Assembly (NCBI RefSeq): GCF_000025685.1
Contig: NC_013967.1
Span: forward strand, 1,110,001-1,142,000
Origin: Haloferax volcanii DS2
Lineage (GTDB): Archaea > Halobacteriota > Halobacteria > Halobacteriales > Haloferacaceae
Length of the DNA stretch: 32,000 bases
Direction of reading: 5' to 3'
A model generated the notes under the pieces. The model saw only the letters and a program-made list of their open reading frames with translations. It did no database searches and had not been told where the DNA came from. Below are positions 31,790-32,000 of the stretch, in pieces; position 1 is the first letter of the stretch; every line of letters starts with the position of its first letter. A program made the translations under genes and the position numbers.

Positions 31790-32000
31790 GAACGAGTCTC
31801 AGTGCTGTTGTTCTCGCTCGGATGTTGCTGCCATTTCCACCACCGTCCGGAGAGACGCGCGACGCTCGCTTAATTATGAATTGTTGTCATCATGAACGTG
31901 CCCGGAGAAGGGAATCGGGATTCGGGCACCCGCGACCGCGAAGTGTCAATAGAATTAACACCGCGGGGGCGGAATCACGGGGCATGTCCGCTGCTGTCTC

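Noticed and set aside
31984-32000. Possible start of a plus-strand gene (ATGTCCGCTGCTGTCTC) preceded by an AT-rich element (CAATAGAATTAACA, 31947-31960) at about -30
   Set aside because: Only 17 nt are visible, which is too short to support a CDS call. I note it only as a plausible leaderless gene start.
1-32000. A search by eye for mobile elements, defence systems, CRISPR arrays and tRNA/rRNA genes
   Set aside because: I recognised no transposase, integrase, Cas, restriction-modification or toxin-antitoxin-like proteins. I saw no terminal inverted repeats, no spaced repeat arrays and no tRNA-like cloverleaf candidates. This is not proof of absence, and tRNAscan or Infernal would be needed to exclude small RNAs.

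Overview
GC-rich archaeal chromosomal segment, roughly two-thirds G+C by eye (not computed). An acidic proteome, very high third-position GC, TATA-like AT islands in the spacers and many twin-arginine plus lipobox signal peptides point to class Halobacteria. I recognised no rRNA, tRNA, CRISPR array, transposase or integrase. About 36 genes are tightly packed.

(1) Bases 1-6.7 kb hold a chemotaxis locus. The minus-strand operon cheB-cheA-cheR-cheF uses 1-4 nt junctions, cheW is divergent, and a second window-truncated cheF-like gene converges on cheF across a small 4-TM protein.

(2) Bases 6.7-22.5 kb hold mixed housekeeping and accessory genes:
- an MFS-like remnant and an NCS2 nucleobase permease;
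- an 821-aa Tat lipoprotein with six ~100-aa helical repeats fused to a C-terminal type-1 copper (halocyanin-like) domain;
- a frameshifted MscS channel and a DUF457/YdjM-like hydrolase;
- an AhpD-like protein, a cold-shock protein and an Fe-S (6-4)-type photolyase/cryptochrome;
- a creatininase-family protein and an acyl-CoA synthetase;
- a secreted bactofilin-like beta-helix fused to a polytopic membrane domain;
- an aldo/keto reductase and an MFS transporter.

(3) Bases 22.5-28.4 kb are the most interesting part, an island of extracytoplasmic metal and thiol-redox proteins. It contains SCO1 translationally coupled to a tandem P19/FetP-like protein, a divergent DyP/EfeB-like Tat lipoprotein, TlpA-like thioredoxin coupled to CcdA, a DsbA-like lipoprotein and a divergent 2Fe-2S ferredoxin. 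No FTR1/EfeU-type permease is present anywhere in the window.

(4) Bases 28.4-32 kb hold a NUDIX hydrolase, small acidic proteins, a UPF0201 RNA-binding protein, a thioredoxin-like protein, a half-size EamA protein, a small zinc-finger protein and a SnoaL-like protein.

All family calls come from motif recognition by eye. None has been confirmed by a search.
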